Of a DNA stretch of 64,000 nucleotides, positions 12,241-25,400 are shown piece by piece. The stretch lies in NCBI RefSeq assembly GCF_022045235.1, contig NW_027266266.1, forward strand, positions 1,674,001 through 1,738,000. The letters run 5' to 3'. This DNA is from Haliotis cracherodii. Its lineage: Eukaryota. The translations under genes were made by a program, and so were the position numbers. The notes beneath the pieces are model-generated. The model was given only the letters and a program-made list of their open reading frames with translations, was not told the DNA's origin and made no database searches. Position 1 is the stretch's first letter; each line of letters begins with the position of its first letter.

Positions 12241-15200
12241 CGACAATACTGACAACTCCTTGTCTCAAACAACAATACTGACAACTCTGTGAGTCTCATA
12301 CGCCAATTACTGACAACTCCGAGTGCTTTCCCAACAACACTACGGACAACTCGATGTATATCCGACAACACTACTGACAACTATGTGTGCCTCCTACAAC
12401 AATACTCAATATGTGTCTCCTACAACGATACTGACAGCTCAGTTTGTGTCTGTCAAGATCACAGATAATCTTGTATATTTTAATTATATGTTAGTACTTC
12501 AGATAGATGTATTACGGTATGGTTACATTAGTATATTAAGCTTAGCGAGTTGTTTTTAGATATTGTCAGGTAATACTATGGGAACAGGTTAGGTTCAGGG
12601 AAGCGTGACTGGGTACGGCTGATAGCTGGGGAGTTAATTGGTGTAACAATAGGGAGGTCAGGGGTAGCTTGGGCTTTGGGGTCAGTTTAAATAGCGGGGC
12701 AGGGTAATAATTTGTACAGTCAGCCAGAATCAGCATGGTCATGTAAGGCATGGACTAATATTGTGGGAGACTTCTACTCTGGTTGGCGTAAGTTTTTACA
12801 TTTATTGTTTCATGTTGAATTGTATTTTAGAGGATAGAATTTTGAGTTATGTATTTTTTCCAAACGTAATTATATACACATATTGATGGTAATAGCGTAA
12901 AGCCACTGTAACAAATAACCACAACATGATCAAAGTATAAACAGTTCAACTCAGTAATATGTAAATCGGAGTATTGGTGCATGGCTGTATGTATTGTGAG
13001 GTAGTGACACATACCTCAGTGACTGTAATTGCGTATATTACATTGTAGTGTCCCGGAACTGGCCGGTTAACCTTAGAGTGCGTAGGAGGGAAGAACCTCC
13101 GATATTACGTAGGAGGAAGTAACAACCTCCAACATCACGTAAGGAGAGAAGTTCTCCGACCCAACGTAAGGAGAGAAGTATCTTCGTCTCCGTGGCACAT
13201 CGTAGGATGAACACAGCCGTGGCATCCATGTAAACAGGCACCCCTAACTCCGTGGGGACAACATCGCCTGGGTGGAAAGATCACCATTCGTTATTACGAG
13301 GAAGAATTCTCGTATGAACTGCTCAATAACATCAGAGATTCTAAAGTTCTGTATAGAACTGTTGTGACAGTGACAGTGAAGTGGCTTTGTATCTTTTGGT
13401 TGTTTTTTTTTGTGGTTGTGTGTTGTTGTTGTATATATATACACACACAAAGTTTTACTGTGTATTAGTTGTGTTATTCTTAGAACATCTGTATTAGTGT
13501 TAGTATTTTTAGAAGTAGACTATTAGTATTAGGATAGTGTATCGTGATAGTTGTATTGTTAGTAGGAGATAGTTGTATTATTAGTAGTAGACATTTGTAC
13601 TGTTAGTATTAAGATATTAGTATTAGTAGTAGGTGGTAGTATTGTTATTGGTAGGAGAAGCTAGTTTAGTTAGTTGTGTTAGTTAATTTGGTATTAGTTT
13701 GAATTTAGATATTGTTATTGGGATTTAAAATTACTTTAAGGGAGGGAATAAATCTGTATTACAACTTCATTTGTGGTTGTGGTTGATACAATACGTGACA
13801 GTGTCTCCTACAACAATACTCACAACTCCATGTGTCTCCAACAACGATACTGACAGCTCAGTTTGTGTCTCCTACAACAATACTCACAACTCCAAGTTTA
13901 TCTCCCACAACAATACTGACAGATCCGAGTGTGTCTCCTCGAACAGTTGTGACAACTCCGTGTGTGTCTCCTACAACAATATTAAAAACTCCGTGTGTGA
14001 CTCCCACAAGAATAATTACAACTCCGTTCGTCTCCTTGAACAGTACAGTCAACATCGCGTGTGTCTCCTGCAACGATACTTACATGTACGTGTGTCTCCT
14101 ACATTCATACCGACATCTCAGTACAACAACACTGACAGCTCTGTGTGTGTATCCTGCAACAACACTCACAGCTCCGTGTTTGTCTCCTACAACAATACCA
14201 ACAACTCCGTATGTGTCTCCTACAACAATACTAACAGCTCCGTGTGTGTCTCCTGCAACAACACTGACAGCTCCGTGTGCGTCCCCTGCAACAATACAGA
14301 CAAATCCGTTCGTCTCCTACAACAACACTGACAGCTCCGCGTGTGTCTCCCACAACACCTTGTGTGTCTCCTACAATAAGACTGACAAATACGTGTGTCT
14401 CCTACAGTAACACTGACAACTCCGTGTGTGTCTCCTGCAATAACGCTGACAGCTCCTTGTGTGTCTCCTGCAATATACCGCTGACAGCTACGGACGTGTG
14501 CTATAATACGACAACATTGATGTCATGGATGTATACAACTCATCTCTGGCCCCTGACCTTTGATCACATTACCATCTCACAGAACATACTAATAAAATAA
14601 AATATGTTCAGTCATCATCTGTTGTCTACTAGGTGACGCTTAGGGCACGACAGAGTTATAGTGAAATCACTACAACAATACTAACAACTCCGTATGTGTC
14701 TCCTACAACAATACTAACAGCTCCGTGTGTGTCTCCTGCAACAACACAGACAGCTCCGCTTGTGTCTCCCACAACAATACTGACAGCTGGGTGTGTGTCT
14801 CCTACAACAATACTGACAACTCCGCGTGTGTCTCCTACAACAACACTGATAGTTACGTGTGTGTCTCCTGTAATAACAAAGACAACTTCGTGTGTCTCCT
14901 TCAATACCACTGACATCACCTTGTGTGTCTCCTACAATAAGACTGACAAATACGTGTGTCTCCTACAGTAACACTGACAACTCCGTGTGTGTCTCCTGCA
15001 ATAACGCTGACAGCTCCGTGTTTGTCTTCTACAATAATACTGACAGCTCCGCGTGTGTGTCTCCTACAATAACACCGGCAACCCAGTCTGTGTCCCCTAC
15101 AATAGCACTGATAGCTCTGCGTGTGTCTCCTACAATAACACTGACAGTTCTGTCTGTTTCTTTTGCAATAACACTGATAGCTCCGTATGTGCCTCCTACA

Positions 15201-15620
15201 ATAATAACACAGACAACTCCGAGTGTGTCTCCTGCAACAACACTGACAACTCCGTGTGTGTCTCCTACAATAACACAGACAACTCAGTGTGTGTCTCCTA
15301 CAATAACACAGACAACTCCTTGTGTGTCTCCTACAATAACACTGACAAGACCGTGTGTGTCTCCTGCAATAACACCTACAACTCAGTGTGTGTCTCTTCA
15401 GTAACACAGACAACTCCATGTGTGTCTCCTACAAAAACACAGACAACACCTTGTGTGTCTCCTACAATAACACAGACAACTCCGTGCGTTTCTCCTACAA
15501 TAACACAGACAACTCTTTGTGTTGTATCCTACAATAACACTAACCACTCCGTGTGTGTCTCCTGCAATACCGCTGACAGCTCCTTGTGTGTCTCCTGCAA
15601 TATACCGCTGACAGCTATGG
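12241..15620. repeat. 33-bp minisatellite (CTCCTACAACAATACTGACAACTCCGTGTGTGT), interrupted by a solo LTR (12451-13800) and a duplicated flank (about 14495-14670)
   Basis: Direct periodicity with 31-33 bp units. Confidence 0.92.
12451..13800 (+). mobile_element. Solo LTR (1350 bp) inserted in the 33-bp minisatellite
   Basis: TGTCA...TGACA termini; 5-bp TSD GTGTC at 12446-12450 and 13801-13805; AATAAA at about 13747; absent from paralogous arrays. Confidence 0.85.
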
Positions 15621-16832
15621 ACGTGTGCTATAATACGACAACATTGATGTCATGGATGTATACAACTCATCTCTGGCCCCTGACCTTTGATCACATTACC
15701 ATCTCACAGAACATACTAATAAAATAAAATATGTTCAGTCATCATCTGTTGTCTACTAGGTGACGCTTAGGGCACGACAGAGTTATAGTGAAATCACTAC
15801 CACGAAGCCAACACATGAGGTCTGTACATAATAATTTTATTTCGGTTCGACTAATCCTTTACTGCCTGATGACTGATGTATTAGACATTCTGTGTTATTA
15901 TGACTGCTGTGATTATACGACAAACAGGCCGTTCAGTGGCTCTTCCTTTTAATTCACTCACTATCCCGTCTTGTATGTCAAATAATATTAAAATCAAAAG
16001 TATCACATACACAACATAAGGGAACCAGAATTCACACCAAAATGCAAACGTTTTAAGCGGTAATGTTTACATCGTATCACTGCGTGGCTGTGACAAAAAC
16101 GTTGGCAGCACGATCGCAGTCACTCTGACAGTTATTGTCGTCCACATTGTTGAGATGGAATCAGAAGTTAATGTCACTTCCCAAAATATGTACCACATGC
16201 AGCCCCGAAACAGGAACACCTTGGAAACTGACAGAAAACATCAAGATACTGGTACTAGTTGAGACACTGAATAGTGGACCATAGAGGGAAGATCGACGGC
16301 CGCTGCTGACACGTGCTACTCACGTAACCCGTGTGACAACACCTGGTCAACAGTTGGACATGTTCATGCAGGCAGACAGAGTACGGTGTATAAATCAATA
16401 TGTGAGTGTGGATGTTTGTGACTCGGGCACTCAACTGTGAAGCCGTATTTGGTAGATGAAGTTTAGCTTTGAAAACCTTTCATGTATTTCTGTTTTTGCT
16501 GACATAGAATCTACCAAAATGTCATGCTTGTGTAATTGCTTGCATGAAACTCAGAAAAGATTAGTAGATTCTGCTTACTAACGAATGAAGTTTAGCTTAT
16601 ATAACATCCGGTCAAAGTGCGGTCAAACAACTCACAATACCAATGTTCGAAAGTATAAATAAGTTATTCTGAGGAGAATATTACATCTTCTTTATTAAAT
16701 GTTGTGTTACACTCCTGGCATGGTAGGCCTTATAATTTGCACGTGGACATTCTACAGAGTGATTTAAGCATTAACTCTATACACAGATGAGAGACAGTCC
16801 CACATACAGATGACATGCGATCTTGTATGACA

Positions 16833-17001
16833 GGGGGTTGGGGTAGCCTGGGATGTTAAAGCGTTTTCTCGTCACGCCGAAGACCCGGGTTCGATTCCCC
16901 ACATCTTCACAAAGTGTGAAGCCCATTTGTTCTGTTGTCCCCGCCCTGTTATTGCTGGAATATTGCTTATGGCGGTTCAAAACAATACTCCTTCAATCAC
17001 T
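16833..17001 (+). mobile_element. tRNA-derived SINE, family A
   Basis: A box (TAGCCTGG), B box GGTTCGATTCC, tail GCTGGAATATTGCT...(ACTC)n; equivalent copies at 34790 and 51773. Confidence 0.85.
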
Positions 17002-19370
17002 CTACTCTTGGTGTCTACTTATGCATTTCACAAATTTTGAGGTATATTTTACTAGGATAATAAAGAGCATCATACAACTCTTGCTCAGAAGTTGTTTGAT
17101 CCAGTTTACACGACTCAAAGCTTCAGTAAAGCTTTCAACATGTTTTATGGTGGACAGTTTTATGTTGAGGACATTTCCAAATTTAACGCATCAGTGACAA
17201 ACATGAAGTCCGATGCAATTCCCTATTTTGTACCATATTTCTTGTGGGTTTTTTTCAGGTGGTCAATTGACTTGCCCTTGCATGTGTTTGCGACGGATGA
17301 CATCGGTTGGGCAAGATACGCTCGCCTTTTCGCGAACACCTGGAATCATCACTGCCTGATAGTTATTCATAAATGACATGACATAGTCGGAATCATACAA
17401 TCGACTTAAACAGAGACTTCTTGTGGCAATGAAAAGGGACTTTTCCCTTTACTGATATCTATTGAATATTCTCATCGTGGCTTTAGGCAAACAAAAACCT
17501 ACATTTGTTTTTATTTGTTAAAGTGTTAGTGGCGGAACATACTTACCCTTTGCACGAACACCTGGAGTCACCACTCATTTTTAGTGATGCAGTTGTAATT
17601 ACACCATAGCATGATGTGTGTCCTGTCATTGTCTCATCTTCTCTTCTGTTATTCATTCGTCAATAATAATTTTCACCACTATTTTGCCTTTCACTTCCAA
17701 TGGAACATCTTTCAATTATCTAAAGTATTGAACTAGATTGCATACAACCCTCATTTTTGTACAATGTCCCTGTCTGTGTAAAACAACACAAATGGTTATG
17801 TATATTTATGGACGCTCTTATCATGCAGTTTCATTCACTTTCATACTTCAGAATGATTACCTAGTATTTCACACATTTAGAATATTTGATTGAAAAATTA
17901 AACTCTCACATAAGAACACCCTACTTTCCGTTCTTGTGTTTAGTTAACCCTTAACGAAGTACATCTTCCAAAACATAGCCATCTGTCTCCGAAAAACTGA
18001 CAATTCACCTGTTACTGCACTGTCAATAATGTTAGCTGATTTAGCCAACATGCTGCATCCTCTATGATATGCAGACATCTCATTACCATAAGTATTCCAA
18101 CGATACTTTCAGCTGATTATTTTAAGTTTTGTTATTGAGATATGCAATTGTCACATAGAATTAAAACAACAAAAATTGTGACTATTGTTGTATAGCATAA
18201 TCACAAACACGAAGGTGAAGAAACTCGCGTGTGGTGTGCACACTCAGTGCTGGGGCAGAGGCAATGCTACATTTATTACCAACAGCTGTCACTTGCTGGT
18301 TTTGTCAACACAGCCATTTAGGCCTGTGTACTGATACATGATACGTAAAGTAATCAAGGCCAGGTGTAAAGATGTGTATCATGTAGTGCACTATAGCATG
18401 AAATGTACAGTCGCAATTACACCCTAGCATGATGCGTGTCCTATCAGTGTCTCATGTTGCTTTCTGTTACGCATGCATCAATAACTAAACAGAGATAATA
18501 TCAACGTTTCAGCATGCATCAGTTAACCTTCACTGCTGTAAACATCTATATTTAATGTACACAAAATAAAGATGACAATTCTTTACCAGCTCAAATACAA
18601 TGAATAAGCAAAGAATTTAGAAAAAGGAATGAGGCATGTTATCGTTATGTGTTGGATCAGGTTCCATGTTTAGTGTTTGTAGAAAGCAAATGATTTGTAA
18701 AGTATTTTCAAGCAGAATACATTTGTGGTTCATTCTATATTTAATGTATATAACAAATTTATGATGGCACTTCTTTTACAATGAATGAACAAACATGTAA
18801 CAAATGCTTTGGATTTGTTGGAGGCGCAACCATGAATTATTAAAAGTAGCTCGCAAGGGTTAATAACATGTTCGTGTTAGACGAGTAAGTGATTTAATCA
18901 GAATGGATTTTCGCCCTCTTTACCAATATTCTAGCAATATCACATCAGGCCTTGTCATTTTCTGTGTGAGGATATTTACTGAAGGTCATGTAGGTATGTA
19001 CAGCACGAACTTTTGTAAACATGTACAATGTGGGTCAACATTTTGTTCGCATGTGTCTCCTAATGCTTGAACAGCCGATTTCATATAGCCATACATCTCA
19101 AAATGTTTTTTATGTGGGTACATACAGTGCAACGCATGTAACTTGTTTTTATGCAGAAATTCATAAATCACGTTTTCAGACTTTTACTTTGCTTGACTTT
19201 GTAAATGTAACACATAGGATATATGTCTGCAGCCACTGTTTAAAAATATGAAAAATGATTCCTTCACACCCTACTTGAGTGTGATATTTATCTTTCAATC
19301 AACTGCAATGTTTGGTAACATTTGTTCTGAAGTATGATGCACGAGTAAGTGTTAGGTCCTGGTAGATGAG

Positions 19371-19377
19371 TATATAT
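19371..19377 (+). promoter_or_regulatory. Putative TATA box of paralog 1
   Basis: TATATAT 40 nt upstream of the first ATG, within a block (GTGTTAGGTCCTGGTAGATGAG) conserved in all three paralogs. Confidence 0.55.
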
Positions 19378-19419
19378 GTCTCCCCGCTCTACCTTCACCG
19401 TCGGTGTGGAATGTAGACA

Positions 19420-22400
19420 ATGACGATGCTGCATACAACGTTCATCCTCCTCCTCTGCCTGGAACTTGTCACAGGTGACTATAGTTTCAATCTTCTTTAT
19501 GAATTATCATAATGCGTGTGTTGAAGATGTTAACTATTAACCAGTAGTTGTGTTATTTGTAGCCACCTGTAGTTCACAACAACATACCTTACACTTCCAA
19601 CAAAGAACAATAGTGATGCCATAATATATTAGCACAATTCTTTTTTTAAATCTGTCGTAAACAGGTTTGAACTATTGAGGACACAATAAAATATTTCAAC
19701 CATGTTTGCACTTGTCTCGTAAATCAAGAAAGGTTATCAGTAGTGTTATGACCCAAAGGTTGTTATCTTCTTACGAACTTCTTATGAACTCGTGGGCTAT
19801 CTTAGGGGGATTGGGTTTGTTGTTTGACGCCACATTCAGCAATATTCAAGCTATATGGCGGCGGATCAGAAAAACCAGTGATTGATATCATGAACAACAA
19901 TCCATGTCTTCTGGGTATGATGGCAGGCACCAACAATGTGACGGGGCCTGACCACCCGATCATTTAGTTGCCTTTTTCGACCATCATAGGCTATGGAGGA
20001 CCAGGAATTGCCACAGGGGCAAACAATATGGAGATGATAAACTCAGAAAATGATATGGATTGTCGAAATTTAGCAAACGTTGAATAACTAACGAACGTGG
20101 TCTATAAAAACAAAATCACGATTCAAGTCATTTCACATTACAGATGTTATGTTGCTTTTATAGAAATTGATCTGAATATTGAACGTGTAAAATTTTGTCA
20201 AACGCATTCAATAACACATAAACTGTTGAGGAAGCGAGGTAAAATTACTTGAGGGGCATTCACACAAGTAGTAGCTATATCTTGTTGTATGTAATAAGTT
20301 ATACAAACTGCAGTTGTAAGCAATTTGGCGTTCACACAGCGATGAGTTGCAAACACCTCTTGTCTCGCGAGACATGATTTTTGTTACTTCTGAAACATAT
20401 TTGAAGTACTGAACATTGTAGGAGAATTATGGTCAAATGACACCAGGCCCACCTCAAACATGATGGATATGTGACATACCTCTTGTTCTAACTCATGGTG
20501 TAAAAACTTTATTGCAAAACTAAGAACGAATTAGAACAGAAATAGTGCTAAATGTTGTCGATGATTCTGTTTTGCATAAACATAACTTCAATGTAGCAAC
20601 TTTTAATTGCACATATATAAACATATTGCGTGATGTATGTTTGTATTTGACTGTTTTACTTAAACCGTGAGCAAACACAATATTGCCCTATGTCTGAAAT
20701 ACACAATGACTTATGTTAGCAATTTGTTATGATTTACTTTACTCATTCGATATGAAAAATAACTTGATGTAGAGAGATGTACTTATGTTCAATGAAGAAG
20801 GGCAAGACTTCGTTGAGCTATTGAAGCCCATTGTAACTCGGTTGTTGTATCTCACAATATATTTCGTATTTGTTTGATCATGAGTGATCAAACTTTTCCA
20901 GGCAAATATTGGTATTGAAATGGACACTACAAAATAAAGTTACATTATATATTCCCATATTCCTCCACAGCATTACAAATATTGGATAAAAAGAACAGAG
21001 TGCTAGTTTTTTTCGATGCAAGAGAAAACTTTGCTGTGAAAAATGTCTTAAATGGACAGATAAAAAGATTGGCTGTTCGTTGATATTGATTTGACAAGTC
21101 TCGCATCGTCAATGTTTATTGTTTAAATCAAATACTTTAAATTATGCAATCTTAACATACAAAGTGAGCATCTGTTCCTATAACTTTTGTGATTAAACTT
21201 GGTGCATCCTTTGAAGATACAAAACAATTGTGGCCAATTTCATCCAAGGAATATTAAAAACAAAATATTGTCACCGCTGTGCGCGATGTTGCGTCTGTCA
21301 CGGCGGTACAGGTCAAGATTCTTGCTCCATTTTTCCAATCATTGTGATCCATAAATATTATTGAATCCTCAATTCTTGGAATGATTTTTCACTCATGCAT
21401 ATTCTTCATAATCTCAGCCAATGCATGCACCACCAAGGAAAATGGATCGATTGTACTAGCAGAAAATGCAAAAGGGTGTTAAATGGGAGGTTTGAAACGT
21501 TTACATTTTCAAACGAGATTTCAGAACATGGGTTTGTTTTCATTTTATATTTATATTTCATCTGGGCCCTGTGTCAAAATCGCAATGCTTGCTTAGAAAG
21601 CGTACATGTGAATATCATGTGGTCTTGACACACATATAACTTGTTGCACGATGAAAGAGCATGCCTTATGTCTCATGCAACCAACAAGTAGCATACTATG
21701 GTGGCTGAGGGGGAACATCGTTTTGTCGCCCTCAATTACGGCCGCGAGAAAGCAATAACACGAGATGCGAAATGGGTACCAAGAGAGGAGAAAGCAATAT
21801 AGAGAGAAAGCAATAGAGAGATAGAACGAGAAAGTGAGAAACGATACGAGAAAGCGATAAAGAAAGAAAGCGATAAAGCAACAAGTAAGAAAGCAATGGA
21901 GCGAGAAAGCAATATAGAAAGAAACGATAAAGAAAGAAAGGGATGAAGCACCAAAGTGAGAAAGCGATAATGCTAGAAAATAATAGATAATTCTCATAAT
22001 TTTGTACATTAACGAGTTGTTTTGCTCCTTTTCAGGGCTTCATTCCTATAATTTTCAGCGCTGTTTTGACTTTTATGCCTCGAACTTTCAACATTTTGTG
22101 TTAGAGATAAATTTGTTAGATATTCATACAGAATGCTATCTCGTTTCGTTTGTATACAAGCACTGTTTACTTTCTTGTACTGTAGTTAATTCGAAAGATT
22201 CAAATGCACTATAACGGAAAAGTCTTTTGCTTTTACTTTATTTCGCTAAAACTCCTGAGAAAGTCCACGACTTATTTGCGAATTATTTGGAAACTTAATT
22301 GTCCCTTTTATAGGAGTTAGTAGTTTTATGCCTACCACCACAAACACACACCCTCCCCCTCTCACTTCCCCACCCCCGTCGTCGATAGAAGCGTTGTGTA

Positions 22401-25400
22401 GGATGATATTAGTTACATCTCTTCGTGTTTAGACTAACATGCTCTAAGATATTTGTGAATTTGTTTCGCTATTCATACTTAAAACTGAAACATTAAAAGA
22501 TACATTGAACTGGAACACATAATTAGTGAGTGAGTGAGTTGTGTAAAGCTTTTTCTAATTATTGGTCCAGTTATCAGTACACAAGTATATTTTTCACTGC
22601 ATTGGTTATGATTATGATAACAGAAACGTTCCAATTTTTAAACGGCGTGTCAGCTTAATGTGGAAGGAAAGCCCTAAATGATGCAGGTCTTAAATGTTTA
22701 CCACTTTGGTGAAACCCACGAGCACGGGTATGGTGCTGACAAACCTACAAACATAATCGGGGCGAACTGGGATTCGAACTCACAATCATTGATTTCTGGC
22801 GTGCCCAAGGGACACAACTCTGCACAGCGAAACGACTGGGCCACCCGTGCCCTCCGAACACATAATGAATTACATGATTTATACATTGAGAAATAAGTGT
22901 CAGTATTATCAGTCCACTGTTTGTATCGTTTGCATTGTTTTGACGGTCAACAGATTTGAATGTTACGCCGAATACGTGCTCGTCCGATTAAGAAATGACA
23001 ATTATATTGATAATGATGCATGTAAATTATGCAGACAAATGTTATACATGTAAACTGTTACAAAATACAAAATAGTGATCGATTAGATATGTCTATGTAT
23101 CTTAGGTCAGATATACGACGCTTGAGAGCGTCATTAACCAGTATATTCATTCCTTGGACAATAGAAATTGGATGTGTTGTAAATTTCATTTAAAAACCCT
23201 AAATTCTCACAATTTCCTTCAATCTTACTGTCTTCAGAAATTAAATTCAATGCTAATGTGCGTCTAAAATATAGTTCAACTGATGTTAAGTCGGATTGCC
23301 CGACATATTTGTGCTTATTTGTAAATATCTACCACAGTGAGTCAAACTGATAGACTAACAGACAGATGCACAAACAAAAACTATACTTAAAATATACATA
23401 CAATATAAGGATGACAGCTGATTTAACATATGTTATAGAAAATCATAGGTATGCACTTCATATTGTTATTAACGCTAACTGTGTGGCCACACTAATTTGG
23501 ATGCCTCTCCATATGTGTAGTGTATCCAAGTACACATATCAACTGTGATAACACCATTGTCACAGCGATGGGAGCGGTGAGGTAACCTAGTGGTTAAAGC
23601 ATTCGCTCCTTACACTGAAGACCCAAGTTCGATTCCCCACATGGGTACAATGTGTGAAGCTCTGCTGTCCCCACCATGATATTGCTGGAATATTGCTAAC
23701 AGCGGCACAAAACCATAACGTTATCAAATTACTATATACAAACTTTGTTTTGAGTTTTGTAGGTGCTTCCGTGAAGAAAAACAAAACTGATGTCATTACT
23801 CCGTGCTCGGCTTCCACGAACCGGCAGTTTTTGCATGAGCTTAGGTCATTGCTGAGCCTCTATCTGGGGAAGAAGGTTCTACAGCCAGTGACCTCCACTC
23901 CAATAAGTAGCAGCCCGGGTAAACACGCCTTTGTGTTTCTGTGTATGTTTAGTCTTGATGTCAGGAAGGTATATATAAGATGGTGATTTCAATACTTGAT
24001 CATTGCTTTCAATTCATGAAAATTATGTTGCCGACGTCTGCATTCAACCGTTTACACTATCTCATGTACTTTGAATAATACAGCAAAAAATGCGAAAAGT
24101 ATCAAATATGCATTTCTCTCCCCGCCATGTATTTATTTGTCTGTACTGGAATCTATGTTTTTTTCAGGTGGAGGAGCTGTGTTCACTCGGTGGGGAAAGA
24201 CAACATGTCCGTCAGGAAATGATGTCATATATAAAGGTGAAACATTTCGAGAGATACTTTTTTGGAGCGTCAAAAGAAAGTAAATAAGTTGTTTTTTTCC
24301 AAATGGGGTCATAAATGTGTTTAATTTTATGACATTTTAAAACTCGTCAGGGTGTCAGTTGAATCAAAGTAAAACTTATTAAATGGAAGAGTATGTCATC
24401 TCTTGAGTAGGGCTCTGTTTTGCCTTTCTTCGTTATAATATATAAAGGCCAATATCGAATATACCCCATTTCATGTTTCAACAATCATGAATGTACTTTA
24501 CACGAATTGTTTTCGATCTTTTTTTTTCGGTATATAAATCACTTATAAGAGATGCATTTTGGATAGATAAAGCTGCTGTGCATTCGATTCCCAATATAAT
24601 CTTGCAGGGTTAAATCTACTGGTAACCTAGTTCTACACTGGAGACACAGTATGTTTATCTCCATTCTTATATCAAAAGCAAACTCTTTTGTGTCAGCAAT
24701 GTTATTTATAAGGTGAGATGAGATGAGGTTTAACGTTGTATAGCGACGTGAATACACACATTCTGTGTGTGGCTGCTTGTGCGAGCTCTGACTGATGCCA
24801 GTTTCATAGTGTTAGCCTACTGAGATATCATGCTTCGTGCATACCTTACTTAGCGGTATATATTGCCGGCCAATCCTTGTTTTATCCCCTTTTAAGCTCG
24901 TTCTATGAGGATTTCGAAGAGCATCAGAGAAAGCAGAATATAAAGTTGATGAAATGACAATAAGGCTACGCTACATCAAACCATGCAGATTTCCAAAACA
25001 TCCATGATTAATCCTGATCATCACGCATACATATCTGATACAACTTCAGTAAACATGCCAAGCCCAAGGTAGCAGCCCAGCATTATGTTCCGTAAGCATG
25101 TCCACATTTCTGGTGTCAGCAATCTCTGCTGGCAAACATTTTACTATTATCTCGTGATATTTCTCGATATAAGGATCACGTGGCCACGTATATCACGCTG
25201 AGAAATGTATTCGCATTTGCTTACAAACGTATGTTGTACTTGGTTTACCTGTTGCTGTGATATTTTACATCATTTTATCCACATGAGATATCAACATACT
25301 TTGTACATGGTCTACATTCGCGGTTGCTGGTAGAAATGGACATGCGTACCCGCTTTGCGAACATCAATATTTTTCAGTTATCCATTTACATAATTTCACT

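Noticed and set aside
16833-16905. tRNA genes at the GGTTCGATTCC motifs (also 23571, 34790, 40598, 51773)
   Set aside because: No complete acceptor stem; each continues into a shared SINE body and (ACTC)n tail.
18900-18945. NF-kB-like site GGATTTTCGCCC conserved upstream of all three genes
   Set aside because: It does not fit GGGRNWYYCC and lies in a degenerate minus-strand SINE tail, so the conservation is explained by duplication.
21593-22009. 138-aa hydrophobic minus-strand ORF (membrane protein-like)
   Set aside because: Translation of a purine/pyrimidine-biased degenerate repeat in an intron; mostly missing in paralog 2.
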